A program made the position numbers and the translations under genes. The notes below the pieces were generated by a model, which had not been told where the DNA came from, ran no database searches, and was given only the letters and a program-made list of their open reading frames with translations. This document shows, piece by piece, positions 49,248 to 58,335 of a stretch of DNA of 64,000 nucleotides. Within the stretch, counting starts at the first letter, position 1. The number at the start of each line of letters is the position of its first letter. Origin of the DNA: Candidatus Omnitrophota bacterium (GTDB lineage: Bacteria > Omnitrophota > Omnitrophia > Omnitrophales > Aquincolibacteriaceae); the NCBI GenBank assembly GCA_903856085.1, contig CAIOAT010000012.1:39020-103019 (forward strand), read 5' to 3'.

Positions 49248-49319
49248 TCCGTGCCCAGTACTGCGTTTCTAAGGGTCCTATGGGCTTGCAGTGCCGGCAC
49301 CGTTAACCCATAAAAGCGA

Positions 49320-49901
49320 ATGAAAAACGGTGTTAAAAAAATCCTGATCCTATCCGGGAGCCCCAAGAAGAACGGCAATACGGCCGCGCTGGTGGAGTGG
49401 TTCACTGAAGGAGCTGTCTCCAAGGGCGCCCGGGTTGAGTTGATCCATACCGCTTTCCTTAAATACAAATTTCCGGGCTGCACGTCTTGCCGCTCTTGCC
49501 AGAAGCAAGTCCTTTACGAATGCGTGATCGAGGACGACGCGAATCCCGTTCTCAAAAAAATGGCCTCAGCGGACGTGATCGTAATGGCCACGCCCCTTTA
49601 TTTTTTCGCAGCCAGCGCGCAGCTCAAAGTTATTATTGACCGCATGTTTTCCCTTTACAAATGGGACAATGTTGCCGACACCATGAAGACGACGCTCAAA
49701 GGAAAGGCGCTGGTCCTGCTCGCAAGCGCTTATGAGAATGTCGGGATGGAAGCGCTTGAAAGGCCGTTCGCCTTGACGGCGGATTATACGGGAATGACAT
49801 TCGATTCCCTGCTCGTGCCGGACGCGGGTGAATCAGGAGAGATCCGGAAGAAAACCGCGGCGCGTGAAAAAGCCAGGGCGCTTGGAGAAAGGTGGGCATA
49901 A
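49320..49901 (+). CDS. Flavodoxin family / iron-sulfur flavoprotein
   Basis: SGSPKKNGNT, CTSCRSC...C, ATPLYF, LKVIIDR. Confidence 0.88.
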   Translation: MKNGVKKILILSGSPKKNGNTAALVEWFTEGAVSKGARVELIHTAFLKYKFPGCTSCRSCQKQVLYECVIEDDANPVLKKMASADVIVMATPLYFFAASAQLKVIIDRMFSLYKWDNVADTMKTTLKGKALVLLASAYENVGMEALERPFALTADYTGMTFDSLLVPDAGESGEIRKKTAAREKARALGERWA

Positions 49902-49946
49902 ATTTCAGCGCTTCTTGAACAGCAACTTTGTCTATGAGGAGAGACC

Positions 49947-50732
49947 TTGAAGAAGTTGAATGGATTTTTGTTTATCGTCTTGTTCGTGACGCTGGGGATC
50001 GCTTTCTTCACCCGCAATAACCTCCGCAGCGTTCAGGAGATCGCCCCCGAAGTTTTGAAACAGCCTCTCCAGTCGCAACTGATCCGCTCCAAAATCATTC
50101 GTTTTACTCGCAATGATTATGCCTACGAACTAACCCCAGTCTATGCTTATGACATTAGCGGATTAATCACCAGTAAGCTTAACTATTCCATATTCACCAT
50201 TTATAAATCCGAAAAAATCTTTTCGGTGGATCTTTGCCTGATCTGGGGAAGTAACGCGGCGAGCCGGATCTTTAAGGATCAAGGCGTGAACTTTTCGCAG
50301 GATTGCCGTTTCTGCTGGGTCCACTGGTGCGGGAAAAAGGAATTCAACCTGCAAGAATTTTCCAACAACCATCTGCTGATCGTTGATCCTGCCCTGGAAA
50401 AAAAGATCAGGGGTTTTCATGAGGGGGATCAGGTGCGGATTTGGGGGAAACTGGTGAATGTGAAGGGCAAACTTTTTGGCAGAGGCGGAAGGTATGATCC
50501 TCCGGAGATCATCTGGAAAACCAGTGTAAGCCGGTCCGACAGTGGTGCCGGCGCGTGCGAAGTGATCTATGTTGAAGATGCTGAGGTTCTGAAAAGGGCG
50601 AACACTCTTTCCTGCGATCTGTTCATCTGGAGTGCTTACGGATTGTGTCTTTGGCTCTTGTTTAATTTTCTCAATTTTATCCGGGAAATCATTGAGATTT
50701 CAAAAGGTGAGACTACGGAAAGGAAGCTCTGA
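49947..50732 (+). CDS. Conserved hypothetical membrane-anchored protein
   Basis: N- and C-terminal TM segments; DLCLIWG, SNNHL, SRSDSGAGACE; TTG start after GAGGAG. Confidence 0.75.
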   Translation: MKKLNGFLFIVLFVTLGIAFFTRNNLRSVQEIAPEVLKQPLQSQLIRSKIIRFTRNDYAYELTPVYAYDISGLITSKLNYSIFTIYKSEKIFSVDLCLIWGSNAASRIFKDQGVNFSQDCRFCWVHWCGKKEFNLQEFSNNHLLIVDPALEKKIRGFHEGDQVRIWGKLVNVKGKLFGRGGRYDPPEIIWKTSVSRSDSGAGACEVIYVEDAEVLKRANTLSCDLFIWSAYGLCLWLLFNFLNFIREIIEISKGETTERKL

Positions 50733-50880
50733 GCAGCGATGCCTCCTCTTTTTCTCACTTGGGGATGAATCCTGCTGCTTTGAAAGGATCTCCGGCGCGG
50801 ATTTTCCGTCCCTGGATTTAGATGCTTGGATGAAAAATCGCGCTTATGATATAGTATAAAAAATATTTAAAGGGAGATTC

Positions 50881-51096
50881 ATGAGCGACCTTGCAAAGAC
50901 CCTGATCTTTTTCGGTGTGATCCTGATCTGCATGGGGATTTTTGCGACTATTTTTTCAAAAGTACCGATGCTCGGGAAACTTCCGGGGGATATCTTTCTC
51001 CGAAAAGGCAGTTTCGCCCTTTATGTACCCCTTACCACGTGCATTCTGCTCAGTATGATCCTCACGCTCGCCTTCACGCTTTTCGGGAAAAAATAA
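50881..51096 (+). CDS. DUF2905 small membrane protein
   Basis: LGKLPGDI...F.LYVPLTTCILLS. Confidence 0.85.
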   Translation: MSDLAKTLIFFGVILICMGIFATIFSKVPMLGKLPGDIFLRKGSFALYVPLTTCILLSMILTLAFTLFGKK

Positions 51097-51097
51097 C

Positions 51098-51919
51098 ATG
51101 TTTGAACTTCTGACCTCATTCTGGCGGCCGGTGATCGAGATCCTCTTCATCTGGGTGTTGATCTATTTCGTGATCCGTTTTTTTCAGGGCACGCGTGCCA
51201 TGCAGGTCCTTTTGGGACTTGTCATTCTCGTGGTGATCTTCCTTGTGGCGAAATTCTTTGAGCTGAACAGTATCATCTGGGTTCTTTCCAAGGTCTTTGC
51301 CGTGGGAGTTGTGGCCTTCCTTGTTATTTTCCAGCCGGAGATGCGCCGCGTGCTGGCGCGGATCGGGACCACGATGTCGAGTGGATTTTTAAGCAAGGGA
51401 GGCACTATTGATGAGGTGATTCGCGCCTGCGACCACATGTCGCGGCACCGGACGGGCGCTTTGATCGCGCTTGAGCGGGACGTGGGCCTCAAGAATTATA
51501 TCGAAAGCGGCATGATGATCGACGCGAAAGTGAGCGCAGAGCTTTTGCTCAGCCTTTTTGACCCCCACACCCCCACCCATGATGGGGCGGCCATTATTAC
51601 AGGAGACCGCATTGCTTCCTGCGGGTCGCTTTTTCCTTTGACGCAGATGACCGATCTTCCCACGTCGGTGGGTACGCGTCATCGGGCCGCGATCGGTCTT
51701 ACGGAAGAAAATGACGCTGTCTGCATTGTGGTCTCCGAAGAGACGGGCAATATTTCGGTTTCGGTCTTCGGAAAGCTGACGAAGGCACTGGACCTCGAGG
51801 ATTTGAAACAAATTCTCGAAGGGCTTTTTAAGCCTGCGGAAAACAAGAATGTCTTTATCGATTTCATCGAAAAAAATAAAAAGCTTTTTCAATTCCACGG
51901 AAAGATCCCCCCGACATGA
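51098..51919 (+). CDS. cdaA: Diadenylate cyclase CdaA
   Basis: Three TM segments, IFQPEMRR, HDGA, GTRHRAA, VSEETG. Confidence 0.93.
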   Translation: MFELLTSFWRPVIEILFIWVLIYFVIRFFQGTRAMQVLLGLVILVVIFLVAKFFELNSIIWVLSKVFAVGVVAFLVIFQPEMRRVLARIGTTMSSGFLSKGGTIDEVIRACDHMSRHRTGALIALERDVGLKNYIESGMMIDAKVSAELLLSLFDPHTPTHDGAAIITGDRIASCGSLFPLTQMTDLPTSVGTRHRAAIGLTEENDAVCIVVSEETGNISVSVFGKLTKALDLEDLKQILEGLFKPAENKNVFIDFIEKNKKLFQFHGKIPPT

Positions 51920-52854
51920 TGCAATGGATAAGCCGTAACTGGGGTCTGAAGGTCATTTCGCTCGTTCTTGCGATCGGGACGTGGTATTACGCCGTTGGCG
52001 AAGAAAATATCGAGGTGACGCGCGTGATCCCGCTCAAGATTCAGATGGCGAGTCCCCAGATGACGGTTTCTGAGATCTCTACGAAGGTCGTGCAAGTGAC
52101 GCTTTCGGCTCCGCGCACGTTGATTGTGAACCTTGCAAGTCAGGATATTCAGGCCGTGCACAAAATTGGTTCCGAGATCAAGACCGCGGGGGAATATTCA
52201 TTCCGCCTCGAGGCCTCCGAGATCCGCCTGCCGAACTTTCAGATACGTGTTGTGAAGATCGTGCCTGAGACCGTGACCGTCAAGCTGGATGAGCTGATCG
52301 TTCAGAAACTCGAGATCCAGCCGGATTTTGTGGGGGAGCCCGCGGTCGGTTACAAACTTCTCTCAGATGAATTGCGCCTGGACCCGAACGCCATCCTTAC
52401 ACAAGGTCCCAAAGGCGTGCTTGAAAAAATGAAGTCCGCGAAGACCGAACCAATCGATCTGGTCGGCCGTATCCGCTCTTTTTACCGTACCGTCGAGGTG
52501 AAGTTGCCGCCCGGCGTCAAGCCCATGAGCGAATCGCTCGTCAATGTTTATATCCCTATCCGGGAAGAATTCGGCGAAAAAGAGTTCAAGGATGTTCCGG
52601 TGCGCATCTTGAGATCTCCCTCAGCAAGCGGTGTGGTGGATCTTAATCCGGATAAGGTGACCCTCGTACTCAAGGGGTCCAAGCTTTATCTGGAAAAGCT
52701 TGCTCCCGAGACCCTATTGGCTTATGTGGATCTCGCGGATCTTAAAAAAGGGGATTATGATAGACCTCTTCAGATGGTGCTTCCCGAGAACGTGAGCTTG
52801 AAAGATAAAGAGCCGATCAAGATCAAAGTAGCGATCCGGTCTCTTACCAAATGA
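51916..52854 (+). CDS. cdaR: CdaR/YbbR-domain regulator
   Basis: N-terminal TM (NWGLKVISLVLA); repeated YbbR P..V.V.G motifs; follows cdaA. Confidence 0.85.
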   Translation: MMQWISRNWGLKVISLVLAIGTWYYAVGEENIEVTRVIPLKIQMASPQMTVSEISTKVVQVTLSAPRTLIVNLASQDIQAVHKIGSEIKTAGEYSFRLEASEIRLPNFQIRVVKIVPETVTVKLDELIVQKLEIQPDFVGEPAVGYKLLSDELRLDPNAILTQGPKGVLEKMKSAKTEPIDLVGRIRSFYRTVEVKLPPGVKPMSESLVNVYIPIREEFGEKEFKDVPVRILRSPSASGVVDLNPDKVTLVLKGSKLYLEKLAPETLLAYVDLADLKKGDYDRPLQMVLPENVSLKDKEPIKIKVAIRSLTK

Positions 52855-52861
52855 TCTCTTT

Positions 52862-53620
52862 ATGATCGCCCGCACGATTTCAAAAAAACTCGGCGTCAAT
52901 ATCGATCATGTTGCGACCTTGCGTCAGGCACGTCTCGGGGAAGAACCTTCCGTTCTGGAGGCTGCGCTCGAAGCTGAACAGGGCGGGGCGGATAGTATTA
53001 CAGTCCATCTGCGCGAGGATCGCCGCCATATTCAGGACGCGGACGTTTTCGAACTTATGGAAAAGATCTATGTTCCTCTCAATCTCGAGATGTCCGTCTC
53101 GCCCGAGATCCTCAAACTCGCGCTCAAGGTCCGTCCCCCAAAGGCATGCCTGGTTCCGGAAAAACGGAAAGAATTGACGACCGAAGGAGGGCTAGACCTT
53201 TTTTCAAGAAAATCCCCCTTGATCAGGACGCTCGATGCTCTTTTGGCAAAAAAAGTCGAGGTCAGTCTTTTTATCGATCCTGTGGAAGCTCAAGTGCGGG
53301 AAGCCGCAAGGCTGGGAACCTATGCGATCGAGATTCATACCGGGTCTTACGCGAATGCCATGGGCAAGAAAAAAGAAAGAGAGTTTTTTCGCGTTCGTGA
53401 GGCGGCGCGGTTGGGCCAGGAACTCGGGCTCCATGTTCATGCCGGCCACGGCCTCAATTATGAAAATATTTTTCCGTTGCTTGCGGTCCCGGAGATTCTC
53501 GAATTCAACATTGGTCACTCCATCGTCAGCCGAGCCGTGTTCGTGGGGCTTGCAAAAGCTGTTCAGGAAATGAAGAAGATTATCCAGGCTGAAGGCATCG
53601 GACCGAAGAATTCAGGCTAA
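52862..53620 (+). CDS. pdxJ: Pyridoxine 5'-phosphate synthase
   Basis: LGVNIDHVATLRQAR, HLREDRRHIQD, TTEGGLD, AGHGL, NIGHSI. Confidence 0.96.
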   Translation: MIARTISKKLGVNIDHVATLRQARLGEEPSVLEAALEAEQGGADSITVHLREDRRHIQDADVFELMEKIYVPLNLEMSVSPEILKLALKVRPPKACLVPEKRKELTTEGGLDLFSRKSPLIRTLDALLAKKVEVSLFIDPVEAQVREAARLGTYAIEIHTGSYANAMGKKKEREFFRVREAARLGQELGLHVHAGHGLNYENIFPLLAVPEILEFNIGHSIVSRAVFVGLAKAVQEMKKIIQAEGIGPKNSG

Positions 53621-53672
53621 ATCAAAAAAGTTTTGACTTTCGTCCGTGGTCTGCAGACTGTAGACTGCTTTT

Positions 53673-54536
53673 ATGAATATCCAATCCGTCGCTAAAAAAT
53701 TAAAGCGTTCTCCAACGGCTCATAAGGGTAATTTCGGTCGCATCTTCATCCTTGCGGGTTCCCGCGGCATGACGGGCGCGGCGCATCTGGCGGGCATGGC
53801 GGCCTTAAGGTCCGGGGCCGGACTTGTGACGATCGGCATTCCAGATGCTGTTTATCTCGTTATCGCCAGGCGCGAGTCTGAACTTATGATCCGGCCTCTT
53901 CCCTCGACAAAAAAGGGAACGCTCTCGCTGAAAGGTTTCCCCGAGATCCAGCGATTTTGCGCTACTCAGAATGTACTCGCGATTGGCCCCGGACTTTCCC
54001 AACATAGCACGACCCAAAAACTTATCCGAAAGGTTCTCCAAACGACGGAACTTCCGCTGGTGATTGATGCGGACGGGCTGAATGCGCTGAAAGGACATCT
54101 CAAGGTTTTGGACGCTTGCCGCGGGCGAGCGGTCCTCACGCCGCATCCGGGGGAATTTGTGCGCGTTTTCGGCGGTAAACTTGATGATTCAAATGTGTTG
54201 AGAAAAAAACGGGCTTTGGATGCTGCGCAAAAGCATGGCGCAGTCATCGTTCTGAAAGGACACCGGACGGTCATTGCTGCGCCCTCGGGTGATTGTCATA
54301 TCAACACGACCGGTAATCCCGGTATGGCGACCGCGGGTTCTGGAGATGTGCTGACCGGAATGATCGCGGCGCTGATGGGGCAAGGACTGACGCATTTTGA
54401 AGCGGCATGTCTGGGAGGCCATGTTCATGGATTAGCCGGGGATATGGCCGCCGAAAAAGTGGGTCAGATCAGCCTCACGGCTGGGGACATCCTTCGTTTC
54501 CTTCCCGATGCCTTCAAAACAGTTATTCCTGTTTGA
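53673..54536 (+). CDS. nnrD: ADP-dependent NAD(P)H-hydrate dehydratase (stand-alone)
   Basis: HKGNFG, ALRSGAGLV, IGPGL, DADGLN, TPHPGE, ATAGSGDVL. Confidence 0.92.
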   Translation: MNIQSVAKKLKRSPTAHKGNFGRIFILAGSRGMTGAAHLAGMAALRSGAGLVTIGIPDAVYLVIARRESELMIRPLPSTKKGTLSLKGFPEIQRFCATQNVLAIGPGLSQHSTTQKLIRKVLQTTELPLVIDADGLNALKGHLKVLDACRGRAVLTPHPGEFVRVFGGKLDDSNVLRKKRALDAAQKHGAVIVLKGHRTVIAAPSGDCHINTTGNPGMATAGSGDVLTGMIAALMGQGLTHFEAACLGGHVHGLAGDMAAEKVGQISLTAGDILRFLPDAFKTVIPV

Positions 54537-54545
54537 CCTTTTCAA

Positions 54546-55481
54546 ATGAATTCTTTGGATGCTTATAAAAACTGCACTCTGTGCCCTCGCGATTGCCGGG
54601 TGGATCGCACGAAAGGAGTGTTGGGATTTTGCGGGGAGAGCTCGGCCTGCCGAGTTTCTTTTCTAGGACCGCATTTCGGCGAAGAGCCCTCGTTTACAGG
54701 ATCCCAAGGTTCCGGGACTATCTTCTTTAGCGGCTGTTCCAGTCAGTGTTTTTTCTGCCAGAATTATCAGATCTCGATCCAACATGAAGGCCGCACGATC
54801 ACGCCTGCGGAGCTTCTTTCTGAAGTTCATGTGCTCCTTGCCAAGGGGGTACACAATCTCAATTTCGTGACGCCGGACCATTTCTGGCCGCATATTCAGG
54901 GGCTCTGTCGCACTTTAAAAGAAGAGGGCGTTAGTGTTCCCTTGCTTTTTAATTGCTCCGGATATCAAAAGCAGCAAATGATTGGGGCATACGCGGAGGT
55001 GATCGATATTTTTCTTCCGGACTTTAAATTCGCGGAGTCTGAACTTGCGAAGACAAGTATGGGGGATGCGCGATACCCTGAGATTGCGCTTCAAGCCTTG
55101 CGCGAAATGGTGCGGCTCAAGGGATTTCTCGAGCCCTGGGATGTTACCGGCGAACAGACCGCCCGGCGCGGGGTGCTCGTTCGTCATCTGGTTCTTCCAG
55201 GACATATCGAGAATAGCCTGAAAGCTCTGAGGCTTCTTCACCGGGAGTTCGGTCCTGGCCTTCCGCTTTCGGTCATGGGTCAATTCCGGCCGGTGCCCGC
55301 ATGCGCGAAGAGTCAAAAACTCGAACGAAGTCTTCAGACTGAGGAATATAATCGAGTTCTGGAGCTCGTGGAGACACTTGGTTTTGAGAAGGTCTATACG
55401 CAGGAGCTTAAAGAAGAAACGACCTTCTTACCCGATTTTCAAGATCCCGATGATCCCTTCCCGGGGAATCGGAAAAAGTAG
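54546..55481 (+). CDS. PflX-like radical SAM protein
   Basis: CTLCPRDC, HFGEEP, GSGTIFFSGC...CFFCQN, VRHLVLPG. Confidence 0.9.
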   Translation: MNSLDAYKNCTLCPRDCRVDRTKGVLGFCGESSACRVSFLGPHFGEEPSFTGSQGSGTIFFSGCSSQCFFCQNYQISIQHEGRTITPAELLSEVHVLLAKGVHNLNFVTPDHFWPHIQGLCRTLKEEGVSVPLLFNCSGYQKQQMIGAYAEVIDIFLPDFKFAESELAKTSMGDARYPEIALQALREMVRLKGFLEPWDVTGEQTARRGVLVRHLVLPGHIENSLKALRLLHREFGPGLPLSVMGQFRPVPACAKSQKLERSLQTEEYNRVLELVETLGFEKVYTQELKEETTFLPDFQDPDDPFPGNRKK

Positions 55482-55532
55482 CTTGCCCTGCGGTTCGGCT
55501 ATATAATTGTGGCGTTAATCCCAGAGGGAAAC

Positions 55533-55592
55533 CATGGCGTCCGGGTCTTTAATTTTTTTCTAAAGGGCGACTTGGGCTGTCATGATTTCCTG
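55533..55592 (+). repeat. Dispersed hairpin, family A copy 2
   Basis: CATGGCGTCCGGGTC-21 nt-GACTTGGGCTGTCATGATT, downstream of TATAAT (55502-55507). Confidence 0.7.
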
Positions 55593-55616
55593 TAAGCTTA
55601 TTCGTGAAGGAAAATC

Positions 55617-56288
55617 ATGTCGAAACAAGTCACGTTATCTCCATCGGCGCTGAGCCTTTTTAAGAATTGCCCCCGGTGTTTTTGGCTGGAGAAGGTCAAA
55701 AATATCAAGCGGCCTCGTGGTATTTTCCCGTCGCTTCCCGGCGGGATGGATCGCGTGATCAAGACCTATTTTGATACCTTTCGCATCAAGGGGCTGCTTC
55801 CTCCAGAACTTCGCATTGACGCATTCAAGGGTATCCGTCTTTATGACGATCAGGTCCAGCTAGAGCGTTGGCGCGCCTGGCGCACGGGGCTTCAGTATCA
55901 AAAAGACGATGAAGTTCTTTCCGGGATGCTCGATGATTTACTCGTCAAGGATGGCGCTTATATTCCATTCGACTACAAGACCAAAGGGTCTCCCACGAAT
56001 GAGGAGGATGCGACCAAGTATTATCAGACCCAATTGGACTGTTATGCGCTGATGCTGGAGGGAAATGGTCTAAAAACGGCCGGATACGGTTTTCTTCTCT
56101 ATTATACGCCCAAAGAAGTCGGGGAAAACGGTCAAGTGAGTTTTGAGATCCAACCGATCAAAATCGGAACGGACACGGAGCGCGCGAAGGCTTTGGTCCA
56201 TCAGGCGCTTTCCATCCTGACGGGCCCGGCGCCAAAATCTGCGCACGATTGTGAATATTGCGAATGGCTTGAAAAGTTCAGAAAATAA
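55617..56288 (+). CDS. PD-(D/E)xK nuclease, AddB/Cas4-like
   Basis: LSPS...CPRC, G.LDD, DYKT, QLDCYA, C-terminal CEYC. Confidence 0.85.
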   Translation: MSKQVTLSPSALSLFKNCPRCFWLEKVKNIKRPRGIFPSLPGGMDRVIKTYFDTFRIKGLLPPELRIDAFKGIRLYDDQVQLERWRAWRTGLQYQKDDEVLSGMLDDLLVKDGAYIPFDYKTKGSPTNEEDATKYYQTQLDCYALMLEGNGLKTAGYGFLLYYTPKEVGENGQVSFEIQPIKIGTDTERAKALVHQALSILTGPAPKSAHDCEYCEWLEKFRK

Positions 56289-56300
56289 GGAGGATTGTTG

Positions 56301-56585
56301 ATGACACCCCAAGCCGCGTTGAAAGTCCTGGTGGAAAAGCCCACGAACGATAAACTAAATACGCTTAAGGTTTTTTCCTGGCCCATCTGGACGAAAGAGG
56401 TCTCGAGCTTTGATTGGGATTACGATGAAAAAGAGATCTGCTATTTTCTGGAGGGAGAGGCGACGGTCAAAACTCCCGACGGAGAGATCGCTTTCGGTCA
56501 AGGGGATCTGGTGACATTTCCCCAAGGATTGAAATGCGTTTGGAATATCAAGAAGGCCGTCAGGAAACATTATAAATTCGGATAA
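56301..56585 (+). CDS. Cupin (DUF861-like)
   Basis: WPIW, FDWDY...EICYFLEG, GDLVTFPQG..C.W. Confidence 0.88.
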   Translation: MTPQAALKVLVEKPTNDKLNTLKVFSWPIWTKEVSSFDWDYDEKEICYFLEGEATVKTPDGEIAFGQGDLVTFPQGLKCVWNIKKAVRKHYKFG

Positions 56586-56586
56586 G

Positions 56587-56637
56587 CAGGATTGCTCTAA
56601 TTTCAGATTCTCTAAAATTGATAAGAATGAGGACTAA
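56587..56637 (+). repeat. Family B copy 4 (3' half only)
   Basis: 39/51 ungapped identity to 35053-35103. Confidence 0.65.
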
Positions 56638-56649
56638 CGAAAGGTATTT

Positions 56650-57075
56650 ATGACATCTCCCACGCCCAAAACCAACGCCATGCTGATTTGTGATTATGTA
56701 ATCACCGAGCGAGGCACGAATAAGAAAAGTTTGATAGGGGTCTTCGAGAATATCGGCGCCGCAACATTTCCGTGCACGCATTTTGCACTGTCAGTTTACA
56801 TCAAGCTGACGGATGCGCAGGGAGGGTATCACTTCCGCCTTGAGCTCGTGGATCTTCAAAGTGACGTTATGATCGGTAAAAGCGAAATGCCCGAGGAGGT
56901 GCGCGTCCCCAGCCCTCTCGATGCGCATGAGTTAGTGTTCAATCTTCGAGGGGTCCGTTTCATGCATGCGGGCAATTATGATTTCCGGATCTTTGCCAAT
57001 GACAGGATCTTCGGGCAGAAGAAGCTCGTGGTGGAGCAGATCGATCCGAACGCACAGAATCCAGGACCCACATAA
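56650..57075 (+). CDS. Conserved hypothetical beta-sandwich protein
   Basis: LICDYVI...KKSLIGVF, G.YDFRI pattern. Confidence 0.75.
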   Translation: MTSPTPKTNAMLICDYVITERGTNKKSLIGVFENIGAATFPCTHFALSVYIKLTDAQGGYHFRLELVDLQSDVMIGKSEMPEEVRVPSPLDAHELVFNLRGVRFMHAGNYDFRIFANDRIFGQKKLVVEQIDPNAQNPGPT

Positions 57076-57088
57076 GCAAGGAGATCTT

Positions 57089-57643
57089 ATGCTCAAAACA
57101 GCGCTGGTGATATTAGCGGAAGGATTTGAAGAGATCGAGGCGATTGCGCCGGTCGATGTCCTCAGGCGCGCCGGTGTGCGTGTCGCGCTCGCCGGGCTTA
57201 CGGAGCGGCGGGTGAAAAGCTCCCGAAACATCGAGGTTCAGGTGGATATCCTTCTCGCGGATCTTGTGGAAATACCGGATGCGGTGATCCTCCCTGGAGG
57301 GATCCCAGGAGCCACGAACCTTGCCAAGTCCGAGGAGGTTTCAAAGCTTGTCAAAAAGATGAACACGGAGGGGAAGATCGTGGCTGCGATCTGCGCAGCT
57401 CCCGCGGCTGTGTTGGCGCCGCTCGGCATCCTTGACGGTAAAAAGGCGACCTGTTATCCCGGTTGCGAATCGGATTTTAGTAACAAGATTTCTTATTCCA
57501 AGAAGCGGGTGGTCGTGGATGGGAATATTATTACGAGTCAAGGCCCCGGCACGGCTTTGGAGTTTTCACTCGAGATCGCTACGCAGCTTGTTGGAAAAGA
57601 AATGGCTGAAAACGTACGCGGCAAAATGCTGATCCCGTCTTGA
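57089..57643 (+). CDS. DJ-1/YajL/PfpI family protein
   Basis: GFEEIEA...DVLRRAG, LPGG, AICAAP, ATCYP, TSQGPGT. Confidence 0.93.
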   Translation: MLKTALVILAEGFEEIEAIAPVDVLRRAGVRVALAGLTERRVKSSRNIEVQVDILLADLVEIPDAVILPGGIPGATNLAKSEEVSKLVKKMNTEGKIVAAICAAPAAVLAPLGILDGKKATCYPGCESDFSNKISYSKKRVVVDGNIITSQGPGTALEFSLEIATQLVGKEMAENVRGKMLIPS

Positions 57644-57649
57644 GGCGCC

Positions 57650-58165
57650 ATGGCTTTTGTTGAGATTGAACAGAAATACCGCTTAAAGGATCCTGCGAAA
57701 ACCCGTGCTCTTCTCAAAAAGATAGGCGCCAGGAAGATCGCAAGCGGTGTGGAACTAAACGAGTTCTACGACAAGGGCGATTTTCTTAAAAAACAAAAAG
57801 TGGCGCTTAGATTTAGACGTTTTGGCAAGCAACCCGCCACGCTGACTTTGAAAGGCCCAAGGATCCGGTCCCGGTTTACCAAGCGTATGGAGATCGAAAC
57901 GCCTATGGATCCCGCGACCGCGAAGGCGTTCCTGAAGTTCCTGGGGTGCCGGGTTTGCAGAAGATATTCCAAGAGGCGAGAGCTTTTCAAGCTCGGCGAG
58001 GCGTTCGTGACCCTGGACTTTTTGAAGAAATTCGGATGGTTTCTTGAGATCGAAGCCCAGCCTCAGTCGATCAGAAACATCGAGAGGAAATTAGGACTTA
58101 CCCGAGCGGACCGGGAAGAGAGATCTTATTTGCAGATGTTGTTTCACCGTCTCGATTCTCATTAA
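57650..58165 (+). CDS. CYTH-domain protein (class IV adenylate cyclase-like)
   Basis: EIEQKY, ALRFR, TLKGP, KRR, FLEIE, SY. Confidence 0.85.
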   Translation: MAFVEIEQKYRLKDPAKTRALLKKIGARKIASGVELNEFYDKGDFLKKQKVALRFRRFGKQPATLTLKGPRIRSRFTKRMEIETPMDPATAKAFLKFLGCRVCRRYSKRRELFKLGEAFVTLDFLKKFGWFLEIEAQPQSIRNIERKLGLTRADREERSYLQMLFHRLDSH

Positions 58166-58243
58166 TTAAGAATCAACGGGTTGCCCGTGCAGTCGTGGTT
58201 TCTTTAAATTCTTACAGAGAATAACCACAGCTGGAAACGTTAA

Positions 58244-58321
58244 GCGCTGTTCTCAATTTTATTTTAGGGGTTAACAGTACTCTGCCGCATCCCCTTAAAT
58301 TTAAATGTCATGCGGTATTAG
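58244..58321. repeat. 78-bp dispersed repeat, family D copy 2 (efp leader)
   Basis: 64/78 identity to 12408-12485. Confidence 0.8.
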
Positions 58322-58335
58322 AAAGGAAAATCACT

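Noticed and set aside
50758-50815. c-di-AMP (ydaO) riboswitch upstream of DUF2905-cdaA (TTGGGGATGAATCCT)
   Set aside because: Only one short block matches; GGGGGAACC, GTAGGG and CCGTCAGCTAAC are absent
58236-58295. THF riboswitch (CGTTAAGCG...GCATCC)
   Set aside because: Missing GAGTAG and ACGAA...GCGG; the context is efp; better explained as family D
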